Assembly: GCA_002633005.1 (NCBI GenBank)
Contig: NMRA01000081.1
Location: forward strand, 189,625 to 253,624
Direction: 5' to 3'
Source of the DNA: Phoronis australis
Lineage: Eukaryota > Animalia > Phoronida
DNA length: 64,000 bases
The position numbers and the translations under genes are program-made. The notes under the pieces were generated by a model, which saw nothing but the letters and a program-made list of their open reading frames with translations, made no database searches and had not been told where the DNA came from. Shown piece by piece: positions 47,701-59,190 of the stretch (its first letter is position 1; each line of letters begins with the position of its first letter).

Positions 47701-50700
47701 GTGGGACTGTACTCGGAGGCCATCGCAGCTTTAGTGGCTCTTATCAACAGGTAGGTGTATGCACTGTTATGTTATATTTAAGACTACCATCAATAAGGCA
47801 GAGATGTTTGCCTTCTCTTCTTATTTCCTGAACTCTTATCACCTGCAGCTTGTCATTATCTGGCGTCAGCTCGGTGGTTTTTTGTTTTGGTGCTGTAATA
47901 AGGCGCGTTGCTGTTGCTGACATTGATAACAGCATGGACAGAATGGAGCAGACTGATTGGTTAAATGGAAAGATTCACTATTGCTAACTTCATTTATTCC
48001 GTCTGTAAGTTCTTTTATGTTGTCTTTACTTCATTAGCACTGGTTATGTATTTAGTGGAAGGTGTAAGGTGAAATCAAATTTGCTGAGTTACGACCTGAA
48101 ATTTTTAGTTCAAATTATTGTGATACTGATATCTACGTTGCTTGCAGATCTCTGTCGTCCACGGCGCGCACTGTGTCGTCCATTCTCATAGTAGACGTGC
48201 CTGGGTTCCAGAATCCCTCGGCGTGTGGCCGCCAGACCGGGGCCAGCTTTGAGGAGCTCTGTCATAACTATACGCAGGAAAGGTTACAGCTATTGTTCCA
48301 TGACGTCACATTCACCAATCAGCTGGACAGGTTTGCCCAGGTGCGTCACATTATGTGGTGTTCTGAGAGGTGTCACTGTTCAACTTTTTAGTTGGACACT
48401 GTGTGATGAAAGTGAAGATAATGAGTATAGTTAAGATGTTAGTTATTGTGATTTGGTTTGTTACTGCACTGGCAGTAATGGTAATACAGCAAAGCTTGTA
48501 TAAGTCATATTTTTGCGTAACTCAAAGTCCCACTAATCTGTGCAACCGCCCCATTAGATAAGGTGGATTTCACCTTACTCAGGTAAGACCTCGGTTCATT
48601 GTGAATTTTACTGTTGTCATATTTTGAGTATTCTTTTTTTCTGATTTTAGGAAAACATTGATTGTGATTTCGAAGGTCCTTCAACAGACCCGGCTCCACT
48701 AGTGACTCTGATAGACAAGCCATCTCAGCAAGGCATTGTAAGTTGGCAGGTGTCATCTACTTAAAGCTTCAGTTGAGTGCTTTCCAGTTGTTTGATATTT
48801 CTAGTTAAACTGTCCTGTCTATTGTGTTCTGGTGCTAGGGTGTACTATCAAGCAAGCATTTGAAATGTTCAAGAAAAACAGGGCAGTCGCCATGTGGAGT
48901 GAAGCAAACGTGTCCAGCTATAAGTCTGGGTTCATTGTATGAAAAGGATTGTTTGAGACCCATGAAAGTCTTCTGGACTGTTACTGTTTGTCTGATTATT
49001 AAAAATCTGTTCACCTACAGATGTAGTTATTTGATTTTTTTCTGGCACGTGCAGGTGAGAACATCAGGCTCGGACATTCGTGGCGACCAGCGGGGTCTGC
49101 TCTGGCTCCTGGATGAAGAAGCCATCTTCCCGGGATCTAATGACGACAGTTTCATGGAGAGACTTATGATGCACCATGCTGACACCAAGAACAATTGTAA
49201 GTTAGTGTGGTAGTAGTTTCCATTGTACATTGTTGGTGTTTCTGTTATATTTTGTAATTTTACGTTTGTGTGGTCAACCAGGTTTGGGTTAAAAAGGCAC
49301 CTTGGTATTTTCTTCACCAGTACAAAAGAACCAGTTTATAACTCAAGAGTGCATTGGTCATAGGATCATGCTAGGTTAAAATCAAGTGTGCATTGGGGTT
49401 AGGACCATGCGAGCTCTTAACCCTTATCCTGCTAAGCCTCTATTCAGACGACTTTCCCTGTGTGCTAAGCTAAGTAGGTCACCACTGCTGCTGTGCACTG
49501 GGCTGTTATGAAGGTCACTCAGATTAATGACCCAACATTTTGAAATTGGAAATTTGAAGGGGTAATATCAACATACAAGTAGTCTGAATAAAAGTTGTTC
49601 AGAATTTAATGGAGATTTTCACCATATACATACCTTTACCATTGCCCTGGTGTAAATAATTCTATAAACTTTCAAACTGGACACACTTTGTTTTTATCTG
49701 TTTTTGCACATGATAACATTATAGCTGACACTTAAAAACTGTAATAAGCATTTTTATAAGGGAATTCATGGGACTTGCATGTTTAATGAAGCAGATTTAT
49801 TGTCTGTAACATCACATCTACAAACAAGAATCTACAGTATATAACATACCTCAACTTTGCACGATAACGACTGGTGCAGTCGCTTGCTTAAGTCTGTTTT
49901 GAAGTTCACCTTGGTGTGCAAAAACTTGAAACACGGGTGGGGGCCACAAAGCTGTTCTGTGAAAAAGTCACAAAAATATCTAGTTCTGAATGAGTTCCAT
50001 CATGTCTCAGAGGCTCTGTATTATGCACGAAGGGCGTGAGCCAAGCATCGTCATAGGCCCGTAAAAGTTCAGCTTCAGGGACCGGTAACTCCTCCAAATT
50101 TGCACTGAGATCCGAATCGATAGAATCTGCATTACTTGTGACTTGTATTAGTTTCCCAGTCACTGTCACCGTCACTTTCGAGTGCCAATATCAGCTCGTT
50201 TTCACTATCCGAGTCCATGAACACTTCCTCAAGAAACTGGTCAACAGTCATCTTACCACGTCTGGCACCAGCCAAGATAAAACTTGCGTAAACTTTCAAA
50301 TATCTCGGCAGCAACTCACCACAGCCATATGTTGTAAATCAGAAAAATGTACAGGAAACTATGAACTGTGGAATGCGCATGCTCACATGTATAAACAGCA
50401 TACGGGGTTTTCACAATTTCTGAATGAAAAACACCAGTGTCCTGGGGTGAGTACACCCTCCTTGCGCAGTCTAGCCGTAGCTTATTTTAGGCGATTGAGT
50501 ACACCTGACGCATTTTAATAGGATAATTGGCGTGTCGGCTGACCTTGCTTAGCGCAGGATGAAGGTTAAGAGCTGCAATGATTTCAACCCATTTTATCTT
50601 GGTCTTTGTGCAGCAATGGTCACAAAGTGTTTTAAAGTCTCATAGTTCACTGCATCATTCTTCTCACAAGTTTTTACCTGTAGACTGATAACACAACAAT

Positions 50701-53700
50701 GTTGATTATCATTTTAGCTGAACCTCTGCTGCGTAAAGGCTCACAAGCTACCAACTTTGTCCTGAGCCACCAACAGGGTCTGGTACCCATTGAGTACAAC
50801 GCTGCTGGCTGGCTGAAGCACTGTCGAGAGAACCCCGTCACGCGACAAGCCTCGGCTGTCCTACTCAACTCCAGCAGGGAGAGTATCAATGTTGTTTTCA
50901 GTGGACTAAAGGGGTCGCTGTCGGCCACTGTGTCAGGCTCGGTGGCCGGTATCGATGGTAGTTCATCACTGAGAAGGGTAGCCAGCATGAGGCGGACGTA
51001 CACCACAGGGGCAGCGGGACTGAAGCGCAAGTCCATTTGTCTTCAAGTGAAGTTCCAAGTGGTACGTGNNNNNNNNNNNNNNNNNNNNNNNNNNNNNNNN
51101 NNNNNNNNNNNNNNNNNNNNNNNNNNNNNNNNNNNNNNNNNNNNNNNNNNNNNNNNNNNNNNNNNNNNNNNNNNNNNNNNNNNNNNNNNNNNNNNNNNNN
51201 NNNNNNNNNNNNNNNNNNNNNNNNNNNNNNNNNNNNNNNNNNNNNNNNNNNNNNNNNNNNNNNNNNNNNNNNNNNNNNNNNNNNNNNNNNNNNNNNNNNN
51301 NNNNNNNNNNNNNNNNNNNNNNNNNNNNNNNNNNNNNNNNNNNNNNNNNNNNNNNNNNNNNNNNNNNNNNNNNNNNNNNNNNNNNNNNNNNNNNNNNNNN
51401 NNNNNNNNNNNNNNNNNNNNNNNNNNNNNNNNNNNNNNNNNNNNNNNNNNNNNNNNNNNNNNNNNNNNNNNNNNNNNNNNNNNNNNNNNNNNNNNNNNNN
51501 NNNNNNNNNNNNNNNNNNNNNNNNNNNNNNNNNNNNNNNNNNNNNNNNNNNNNNNNNNNNNNNNNNNNNNNNNNNNNNNNNNNNNNNNNNNNNNNNNNNN
51601 NNNNNNNNNNNNNNNNNNNNNNNNNNNNNNNNNNNNNNNNNNNNNNNNNNNNNNNNNNNNNNNNNNNNNNNNNNNCTTACAGCAAGTTACGTCTATATAT
51701 CCGTGCTATGTTCTCCATGTGGCTTTTCATTCAGATCACCATCACCGTCCATGGGAGACAAGCCAGCCGATGACAAAGTGTCCGGTCTTGATGCCCTGGA
51801 GGGCTTCGTGGTGGGACTGTACTCGGAGGCCATCGCAGCTTTAGTGGCTCTTATCAACAGGTAGGTGTATGCACTGTTTTGTTATATTTAAGACTACCAT
51901 GAATAAGGCAGAGATGTTTTGCCTTCTCTTCTTATTTTCCTGAACTCTTATTACCTGCAGCTTGTCATTATCTGGCGTCAGCTCGGTGGTTTTTTTGTTT
52001 TGGTGCTGTAATAAGGCGCGTTGCTGTTGTTGGCATTGATAACAGCATGGACAGAGTGGAGTAGACTGATTGGTTAAATGGAAAGATTCACTATTGCTAA
52101 CTTCATTTATTCCGTCTGTAAGTTCTTTTATTTCGTCTTTACTTCATTAGCACTGCTGGTTATGTATATAGTGGAAGGAGTAAGGTGAAATCAAATTTGC
52201 TGAGTTACGACCTGAAATTTTTAGTTCAAATTATTGTGATACTGATATCTACGTTGTTTGCAGATCTCTGTCGTCCACGGCGCGCACTGTGTCGTCCATT
52301 CTCATAGTAGACGTGCCTGGGTTCCAGAATCCCTCGGCGTGTGGCCGCCAGACCGGGGCCAGCTTTGAGGAGCTCTGTCATAACTATACACAGGAGAGGT
52401 TACAGCTATTGTTCCATGACGTCACATTCACCAATCAGCTGGACAGGTTTGCCCAGGTGCGTCACATTACGTGGTGTTCTGAGAGGTGTCACTGTTCAAC
52501 TTTTTAGTTGGACACCGTAAATGTGTGATGAAAGTGAAGATAATGAGGATACTTAAGATGTTAGTTATTGTGATTTTGTTTGTTACTGCACTGGCAGTAA
52601 TGGTAATACAGCAAAGCTTGTATAAGTCATATTTTTGCGTAACTCACTCAAAGTCCCGCTAATCTGTGCAACCGCCCCGTTAGATAAGGTGGATTTCACC
52701 TTCTCAGATAAGACCTCGGTTCATTGTGAGTTTTACTGTTGTCATATTTTGAGTATTCTTTTTTTCTGATTTTAGGAAAACATTGATTGTGATTTCGAAG
52801 GACCTTCAACAGACCCGGCTCCACTAGTGACTCTGATAGACAAGCCATCTCAGCAAGGCATTGTAAGTTGGCAGGTGTCATCTACTTAAAGCTTCAGTTG
52901 ACTGCTTTCCAGTTGTTTGATATTTCTAGATAAACTGTCCTGTCTATTGTGTTCTGGTGCTATGGTGTACTATCAAGCAAGCATTTGAAATGTTCAAGAA
53001 AAACAGGCCAGTCGCCATCTGGTGTGAAGCAAACGTGTCCAGCTATAAGTCTGGGTTCATTGTATGAAAAGGATTGTTTGAGACCCATGAAAGTCTTCTG
53101 GACTGTTACTGTTTGTGTGATTATTAAAAATCTGTTGACCTACAGATGTAGTTATTTGATTTTTTTCTGGCATGTGCAGGTGAGAACATCAGGCTCGGAC
53201 ATTCGTGGCGACCAGCGGGGTCTGCTCTGGCTCCTGGATGAAGAAGCCATCTTCCCGGGATCTAATGACGACAGTTTCATGGAGAGACTTATGATGCACC
53301 ATGCTGACACCAAGAACAATTGTAAGTTAGTGCGATAGTAGTTTCCATAGTACATTGTTGGTGTTTCTGTTATATTTTGTAATTTTACATTTGTGTGGTC
53401 AACCACGTTTGGGTTAAAAAGGCACCTTGGTATTGTCTTCACCAGCACAAAAGAACCAGTTTATAACTCAAGTGTGCATTGGTCATAGGATCATGCTAGG
53501 TTAAAATCAAGTGTGCATTGGGGTTAGGACCATGCGAGCTCTTAACCCTTATCCTGCTAAGCCTCTATTCAGACAACTTTCCCCATGTGCTGAGCTAAGT
53601 AGGTCACCACTGCTGCTATGCACTGGGCTGTTACAAAAGTCACTCAGATTAATGACCTAACATTTTTAAATTGGAAATTTGAAGGGGCAATGTCAACTTC

Positions 53701-56700
53701 ACATACAAGTAGTCTGCACAAAAGTTGTTCAGACTTTAATGGAGATTTTGACCATGTACATATCTTTACCATTGCCCTGGTGTAAATAATTCTATAAACT
53801 TTCAAACTGGACACCCTTTGTTTTTATCTGTTTTTGCACATGAGAACATTATAGCTGACACTTAAAAACCGTAATAAGCATTTTTAAAAGGGAATTCATG
53901 GGACTTGCATGTTTAATAAAGCAGATTTATTGTCTGTAACATCGCATCTACAAACAAGAATGTACAGTATATAATATACCGCAACTTTGCACGATAACAA
54001 GACTGGTGCAGTCGCTTGTTTAAGTCTGTTTTGAAGTTCACCTTGGTGTGCAAAAACTTGAAACACGGGTGGGGACACAAAGCTGTTCTGTGAAAAAGTC
54101 ACAAAAATATCTAGTTCTGAATGAGTTCCATCATGTTTCAGAGGCTCTGTATTATGCGCGAAGGGCATGAGCCAAGTATCGTCGTAGGCCCGTCCAAGTT
54201 CAGCTTCAGGGACCAGTAACTCCTCCAAAATTGCACCGAGATCCGAATCGATAGAATCTGCATTACTTGTGACTGTTGTATTAGTTTCCCAGTCACTGTC
54301 ACCGTCACTTTCGAGTGCCAATTTCAGCTCGTTTTCACTATCTGAGTCCATGAACACTTCCTCAAGAAACTGGTCAACACGTCTGGCACCAGCCAAGATA
54401 AAACTTGCGTAAACTTTCAAATATCTCTGCAACAACTCACCACAGCCATATGTTGTGAATCAGAAAAACGTACAGGAAACTATGAACTGTGGAATGCGCA
54501 TGCTCACATTTTTAAATAGCATACGGGGTTTTCACAATATCTGAATGAAAAACACCAGTGTCCTGGGGTGAGTACACCCTCCGTGCGCAGTCTAGCCGTA
54601 GCTTATTATAGGCGATTGAGTACACCCGACGCATTTTGATAGGATAATTGGCTTGTCGGCTGACCTCGCCTAGCGCAGGATAAGGGTTAAGAGCTGCAAT
54701 GATTTCAACCCATTCTATCTTGGTCTTGGTGCAACAATGGGCACAAAGTGTTTTATAGTCTCATAATTCATTGCATAATTCTTCTCACAAGTTTTTACCT
54801 GTAGACTGATAACACAACAATGTCGATTATCATTTTAGCTGAACCTCTGCTGCGTAAAGGCTCACAGGCTACCAACTTTGTCCTGAGCCACCAACAGGGT
54901 CTGGTACCCATTGAGTACAACGCTGCTGGCTGGCTGAAGCACTGTCGAGAGAACCCCGTCACGCGGCAAGCCTCGGCTGTCCTACTCAACTCCAGCAGGG
55001 AGAGTATCAATGTTGTTTTCAGTGGACTAAAGGGGTCGCTGTCGGCCACTGTGTCAGGCTCGGTGGCCGGTATCGATGGTAGTTCATCACTGAGAAGGGT
55101 AGCCAGCATGAGGCGGACGTACACCACAGGGGCAGCGGGACTGAAGCGCAAGTCCATTTGTCTTCAAGTGAAGTTCCAAGTGGTACGTGGGTAACCTGTT
55201 GTTTTTTATTCAGTGCCGTTACCAAGTGGTAGAATAATGATTGACATGTCTGGGAATTACCACAATATTCTTGTGTTCACTCCTACACTTAATTTACAAT
55301 AGTCTTATGAATCCCCGTTTAGATGGCATGCTCCATTAATTGTGTTGTTGAAGGAATGTTATTATCTAATACTTGATTTGGGAGTTTCATGTTGATATGT
55401 TACCATTCATCCACACGACAATTCAATATCTTAAAATCTCTTCATTCACATTGTGTTCCATTTGTTGTTATTAAATGGTTGCCAAACTTCTGTTATTTGA
55501 CGTCTCTCTCATAAGTGTTGATCTAGATATACATAGATTAGCCTGTCAAAAGACCATTTTCCCTACCACGAATATGTATTCAATTTGTAACTGATAGCCT
55601 CACTCTCATTCTCTCAGTCAATTACTCGCCTCAGTCTTCGTTGTTTCCTCCAGCTCATGATTGTTTTCCATCGTCTCAGGATTCTTTACTGGACACCATA
55701 CGCCGGACAAGGCTTCACTTTGTCTTCTGTCTCCTTCCCCAACACAACGCTGGCCTGTGTGACCTCAAGGTGGCGCTGCATGCCTCACCTAAGGCAGATG
55801 AATTACTGCTCAATGTGCCATTGGTCCGTTCACAAGTACGCGGACTACAACTAATGGATGCCATCAGGATCTACAGACAAGGTGAGGGTAAACACCGAAG
55901 GACTGACTGTCGCTTTTAAACTGTGTTATGAGTTTTAATGGGACACTCGGTTTTAGGGCCAAAAGATGCATTTTTTAGGATTATTGTTTGATGAAGTAGA
56001 TTCTTTGAAGTTTGTGGCTTTGACTGGAGCTACAAGACAACAAAATCCAGTGTTTTTGTGATTTTATTACAAAGCACAAATTTTTGCCATAAAAATATTT
56101 CCAGGTAATCAGTGCAATGGGTCCACACGAGTGGCCTGCGCACGCCTGTTAGAACGTGTACCAGACCACCTGCAATTAATTTAATTCTTGCCGTTGTCTT
56201 CCGTTCATTAGCTGAAATTGAGGCTAATGACTTTTAAATCGGTTAAACATGCTTCAAATACTGGGCTACTTAGCGAGTTGGGCTTAGCTGTGCAAGTAAA
56301 ATGCCGGCCTGTGACCATTGAGGTTGTGAGTTAGAATTCATCCCGAGTCTGCTTTCAAAAACACTTTACCACGGATAGTGTTGCTTTAAGATCAATGTCG
56401 TTGCCTGATAAGTAATTTCCAATGCACACGAGCTTGCCTTGAATTCAGGGAGTTGTCTACAATAGTTTGAGACACTCAATCCAATGCACTTGCTTCAAAA
56501 TCTTAAACTACATTGTAAGAATTTCATTACGTCTTACTGTGGATGTCACTATAAAAAATATCATTGCATTATGAAAATACTAAGACTCCCTTTGTTTACC
56601 CCCCTGGCTTCATTCCAGGTTACCCAAGCCATATGCTATTTAATGAGTTCCGACGACGGTTTGAGCTGCTGGCCCCCGCAAACGTTCGTCCCCAGGGACC

Positions 56701-58802
56701 GGTGGTGGATGAAAAACAGGTACTGTCATCGATTTTGGTGTATTCATTTCTTGAAATCAGGCTGCAGTAAATAACAAAATAATATGAATTAAAATCTATA
56801 CTTAGCCAAATGTAGATTTGAAGTTGGTAAAAGTACATAATTTTGAGAGTAATAAGCCTGTACAGTTTGATTTTTAACTTTATACCAATCTCCCATCTCT
56901 CTTAAGTAAAATTTTTCAAAAAAGAAAGGTACATTCATCTCAAACATGGGTAACAATTTTGTTTGATATAAATGTTCAAGGTGAAATCTCAAAAACGATG
57001 TTACAGTTTTCTGAAATACCAGCTTGTTTTCATTTCATGCAACTTTGGAGATTTTTCTGAATGTCCTACTATTTGATAGCCTCTTATGCAAAAGTGAAAC
57101 ATTTAAATATCCTTAGTGCGTGAAGCATAGTGGCTGAAAGTTTCACATGAATCCAATCCGCCATTTTTGAGATATAGCGTTCCCAAGTTAAGGATATTTG
57201 GACATTTTTCTAGGATCCTGCATAATAAGCTTAACTGGGTAAAAATATGATTATTGATGGTACACATATATTAAGACTCAAATCTGATCGCTGCATTCCT
57301 CATCAGCAGTGTAAGGTAAAATGTCCCAGGCTGGAGGAGGAAACAATAGGATAGAAAGTTTTCTTATTTCTTGAACATGACTTGTAAGCAGCATATGTGG
57401 TGGTGTGCAATCAGCACAGCTAAGTTCAAACTTGACGATTGTATGCTTACTCTTGTTTGATTAAAAATTGCTAGTGAGGTTTAAAGATTTGTTTGATGGG
57501 AAAATTTGTGACCAAATTGAATTGATAGTTTTTGGTTTTTGAATATCCCTGGTGTGCACAAGTATGACTAATTAATTCTTAGACGTTTGATGACAACAAT
57601 TTTCCTTTTCATGCACCATAGTTGTACAAGGATTTTTAAATTTTGTTACAATCGAACTTACCCAGGGTACTATATATGTGCATGTTTTTGACTGAGGTAG
57701 TTATCAAGGTAGATTGTTTATGAATTTGGAGGTCTAAAGCAAGACTCGACATCGAAACACATATGTGTCCCAATGTAATAGTCACATTTGTTGTGTTTCC
57801 AGAATTAATGAATAAACATTGGCCTCCTTTTCAAGGACCAATGAACCCACTCCTTATGTGCAAAACCATCTTTTGATTCAGGTTATAAATCAGTCTCCTA
57901 TTGTTCCTTTCTCAGATTAGAAAGGATTTCTGAGCTTGAGAAGAATCAACAGTTAGTTATTGTCTCACACGATGGGCAGGAAGTTTTCTTGTGATTGTGG
58001 GTTAGCCCCAGCCGTGGAATCAGTATGGCCGTCACAGGACAGGTCCTCGATGCCTCAGCTTTGGAAACAAATATCAGACCATTCCCCAATATAAAATATT
58101 GAAGAATCGCACAAAATTCCCCTTATCAGGCCCAAGAATTCTTTTCATGGTTAGAATTACTAATGCTATACGTTTGTTTTGACTACTTGAGGCCTTGCTG
58201 ATGAGTAGTACCGACCAAGAAGGGGGCAATTTTCCCTCAAACAAAAACCTTCCTATCAAAAAATATGGCACCTTCCTTTAGGTGGGCGAGGGCCTGTGGG
58301 GGAATTCTGGGTATTTTATGTCACTTAGTTTCAATTTAAACACAGGATAAGAAACAGACGAGATTGCACTGGAAAAGGAAATACAGGTGTAAAAGAAAAT
58401 TGGCTTTGACAGCAACCCCTACACAGTTTATAGCCGCTTTAAGTCTTTCATGCAAGGTTTTAAGAATGCTACAATTTATCAATTATCCTCATTGTCATGT
58501 TGTTTTCTGTGATTACAGTTATGTGTCAACGTCATTAAGGGTATTACATCATGTATGTTATCTTGTTCCCATTGGATATTATGTTATAGTTTATACTGTT
58601 ATACAACTCTGACTACACCAGCTCAGTCAGAGTTTGGATAACTGAGAGCCTTTGTAAGCTGAGCCTTAGTATCCACTCAAGCTCAGTCTGGGTTGCCTTG
58701 ATATCCACTTCAGTGTGTTGTACTTTATATCGACAGGCTGTACAATCTCTTCTGGGCCATCTGGATGTTGACAAGTCAAGTTACAGGCTAGGCCTTAGTC
58801 AG
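32646..58802 (+). CDS. MYO18A: Unconventional myosin-XVIII (MYO18A-like), spliced, 3'-incomplete in this window (overall span of 16 coding exons)
   Basis: KE-rich N-terminus, PDZ, then AKTEDQV...[85 protein letters not shown]. These are class-18 myosin signatures. All GT-AG junctions are phase-consistent. Confidence 0.95.
33975..34989 (+). CDS. MYO18A: Myosin-18 coding exon 2 (disordered extension plus PDZ domain at ~34590-34865)
   Basis: Acceptor aaacag, phase 2. Contains GDFGFTLRR...[12 protein letters not shown]...LKVQP. Donor ATG|GTAAGT, phase 0. Confidence 0.92.
36865..36917. repeat. 19-bp tandem repeat running into an assembly gap (N 36918-37759)
   Basis: gtggtgctggtgtcacggt x ~2.8 immediately before the N run. 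Confidence 0.85.
41377..41431. repeat. 18-bp unit x3 perfect repeat
   Basis: cgttcatgaaatgggtct at 41377, 41395 and 41413. Confidence 0.9.
41660..41915 (+). repeat. Dispersed repeat copy (related copies at ~56965-57200 and partially at ~44280-44420)
   Basis: Shared blocks: aaatgttcaag..aaatctcaaaaacg.tgtta.agttttct, gatagcc.ct.atgcaaaagtg, aaagtttca....gaat...ccattt.tgagat. Confidence 0.65.
43237..43434 (+). CDS. MYO18A: Myosin-18 coding exon 3 (SH3-like N-terminal subdomain)
   Basis: ttgcag|GCT; [14 protein letters not shown]...EVDEDDVEK; AAG|GTAAGG. Confidence 0.93.
43937..44113 (+). CDS. MYO18A: Myosin-18 coding exon 4
   Basis: tttcag|TGC; [25 protein letters not shown]...VYSEK; AAG|GTTTGT. 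Confidence 0.93.
44502..44712 (+). CDS. MYO18A: Myosin-18 coding exon 5 (P-loop)
   Basis: ccatag|GTC; [15 protein letters not shown]...GASGSGKT; G|GTCAGT, phase 1. Confidence 0.93.
45098..45402 (+). CDS. MYO18A: Myosin-18 coding exon 6 (switch I)
   Basis: tttcag|TT; [19 protein letters not shown]...FHIFYQL; AGG|GTATGT. Confidence 0.93.
45831..45975 (+). CDS. MYO18A: Myosin-18 coding exon 7
   Basis: atctag|ACT; [23 protein letters not shown]...[15 protein letters not shown]; G|GT, phase 1. Not in the ORF track. Confidence 0.88.
46696..46950 (+). mobile_element. Decayed tRNA-derived SINE with tandemly triplicated head
   Basis: Three copies of ccctgttcat.tttagagag.ag.cagtgtggccta.tgggata (A-box-like), then B-box-like ggtttgagtc and gcccttgagtcagggc (V-domain-like). 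Confidence 0.55.
47125..47260 (+). CDS. MYO18A: Myosin-18 coding exon 8
   Basis: ttttag|GT; [22 protein letters not shown]...GSL; AG|GTAGGT, phase 2. Confidence 0.9.
47625..47750 (+). CDS. MYO18A: Myosin-18 coding exon 9 (copy A)
   Basis: ttcag|A; ...[23 protein letters not shown]; AG|GTAGGT. Confidence 0.9.
48148..48340 (+). CDS. MYO18A: Myosin-18 coding exon 10 (switch II, relay; copy A)
   Basis: ttgcag|A; [10 protein letters not shown]...[18 protein letters not shown]; CAG|GTGCGT. Confidence 0.92.
48651..48737 (+). CDS. MYO18A: Myosin-18 coding exon 11 (copy A)
   Basis: ttttag|GAA; [29 protein letters not shown]; |GTAAGT. Confidence 0.88.
49055..49196 (+). CDS. MYO18A: Myosin-18 coding exon 12 (copy A)
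   Basis: gtgcag|GTG; [15 protein letters not shown]; T|GTAAGT, phase 1. Confidence 0.92.
49421..50565 (-). mobile_element. Non-autonomous piggyBac deletion derivative (copy A)
   Basis: TTAA on both sides. TIR CCCTTATCCTGC / GCAGGATGAAGG. - strand remnant of an acidic PGBD-like N-terminus ([22 protein letters not shown]...SDGDSDWE). Confidence 0.8.
50718..51061 (+). CDS. MYO18A: Myosin-18 coding exon 13 (copy A)
   Basis: ttttag|CT; [21 protein letters not shown]...[13 protein letters not shown]; GTG|GTACGT. Confidence 0.9.
51735..51860 (+). CDS. MYO18A: Myosin-18 exon 9 (copy B)
   Basis: Same translation and splice sites as 47625-47750. Confidence 0.8.
52264..52456 (+). CDS. MYO18A: Myosin-18 exon 10 (copy B)
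   Basis: Same translation and splice sites as 48148-48340. Confidence 0.8.
52776..52862 (+). CDS. MYO18A: Myosin-18 exon 11 (copy B)
   Basis: Same translation and splice sites as 48651-48737. Confidence 0.8.
53180..53321 (+). CDS. MYO18A: Myosin-18 exon 12 (copy B)
   Basis: Same translation and splice sites as 49055-49196. Confidence 0.8.
53546..54686 (-). mobile_element. Non-autonomous piggyBac deletion derivative (copy B)
   Basis: TTAA at 53542-53545 and 54687-54690. Perfect 12-bp TIR CCCTTATCCTGC / GCAGGATAAGGG. Acidic remnant ORF 53896-54435. Confidence 0.82.
54839..55182 (+). CDS. MYO18A: Myosin-18 exon 13 (copy B)
   Basis: Same translation and splice sites as 50718-51061. Confidence 0.85.
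55680..55881 (+). CDS. MYO18A: Myosin-18 coding exon 14
   Basis: tctcag|GAT; [20 protein letters not shown]...[12 protein letters not shown]...RIYRQ; G|GTGAGG, phase 1. Confidence 0.92.
56619..56719 (+). CDS. MYO18A: Myosin-18 coding exon 15
   Basis: ttccag|GT; [18 protein letters not shown]...DEKQ; CAG|GTACTG. Confidence 0.92.
58737..58802 (+). CDS. MYO18A: Myosin-18 coding exon 16 (converter)
   Basis: cgacag|GCT; [22 protein letters not shown]; CAG|GTAGGG. Not in the ORF track. Confidence 0.9.
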
Positions 58803-59055
58803 GTAGGGTTTTACCTTTCAAGGTGTACTGAGGAGATTTTCACCAGTGTCTAATTGTTGATCAATCATTCCCCTTTCCTGTTTTTAGTCTTGCAATTGAG
58901 TCCTTTTGGGTTCTATTCAGATTAGGACTCCATACAAGGCCAAACAAAACAGCCAAATTGGTTCCGGTCTGAGTTTTTTGTGATGCAATGATGAAATGTT
59001 TTTAGTTGTCCATGTTTTCAAAAAGAGAGTCACCTGATGACAGCTGAAGTGTTTT

Positions 59056-59190
59056 GATATCTGTCTTTCCTCTCAGTGTCACCTGCTGTGAGATGCAGTT
59101 TGATATTTATCTTTCCTCTCAGTGTCGCCAGCTGTCAGACGCAGCTTTATATCTGTCTTTCCTCTCACTGTCACCACCTGTGAGACACAG
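59056..59190. repeat. Degenerate ~46-bp unit x3
   Basis: atat.t.tctttcctctca.tgtc.cc..ctgt.aga..cag repeated three times. Confidence 0.75.

Larger units (their letters stand above)
51676..55189 (+). other. Second copy of 47566-51068 across the N-gap 51069-51675; probable allelic false duplication
   Basis: Near-identical exons, introns and piggyBac insertion. Copy A ends at the gap and copy B starts at it. Confidence 0.85.

Noticed and set aside
50699-51864. Long ORFs spanning 51069-51675
   Set aside because: N-gap artefacts. Only the real exon segments are coding.
51676-55189. Genuine mutually exclusive exon cassette (Dscam/Mhc-like)
   Set aside because: Translations are identical, introns and TE are shared, and the breakpoints coincide with an assembly gap. 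Allelic duplication is more parsimonious.
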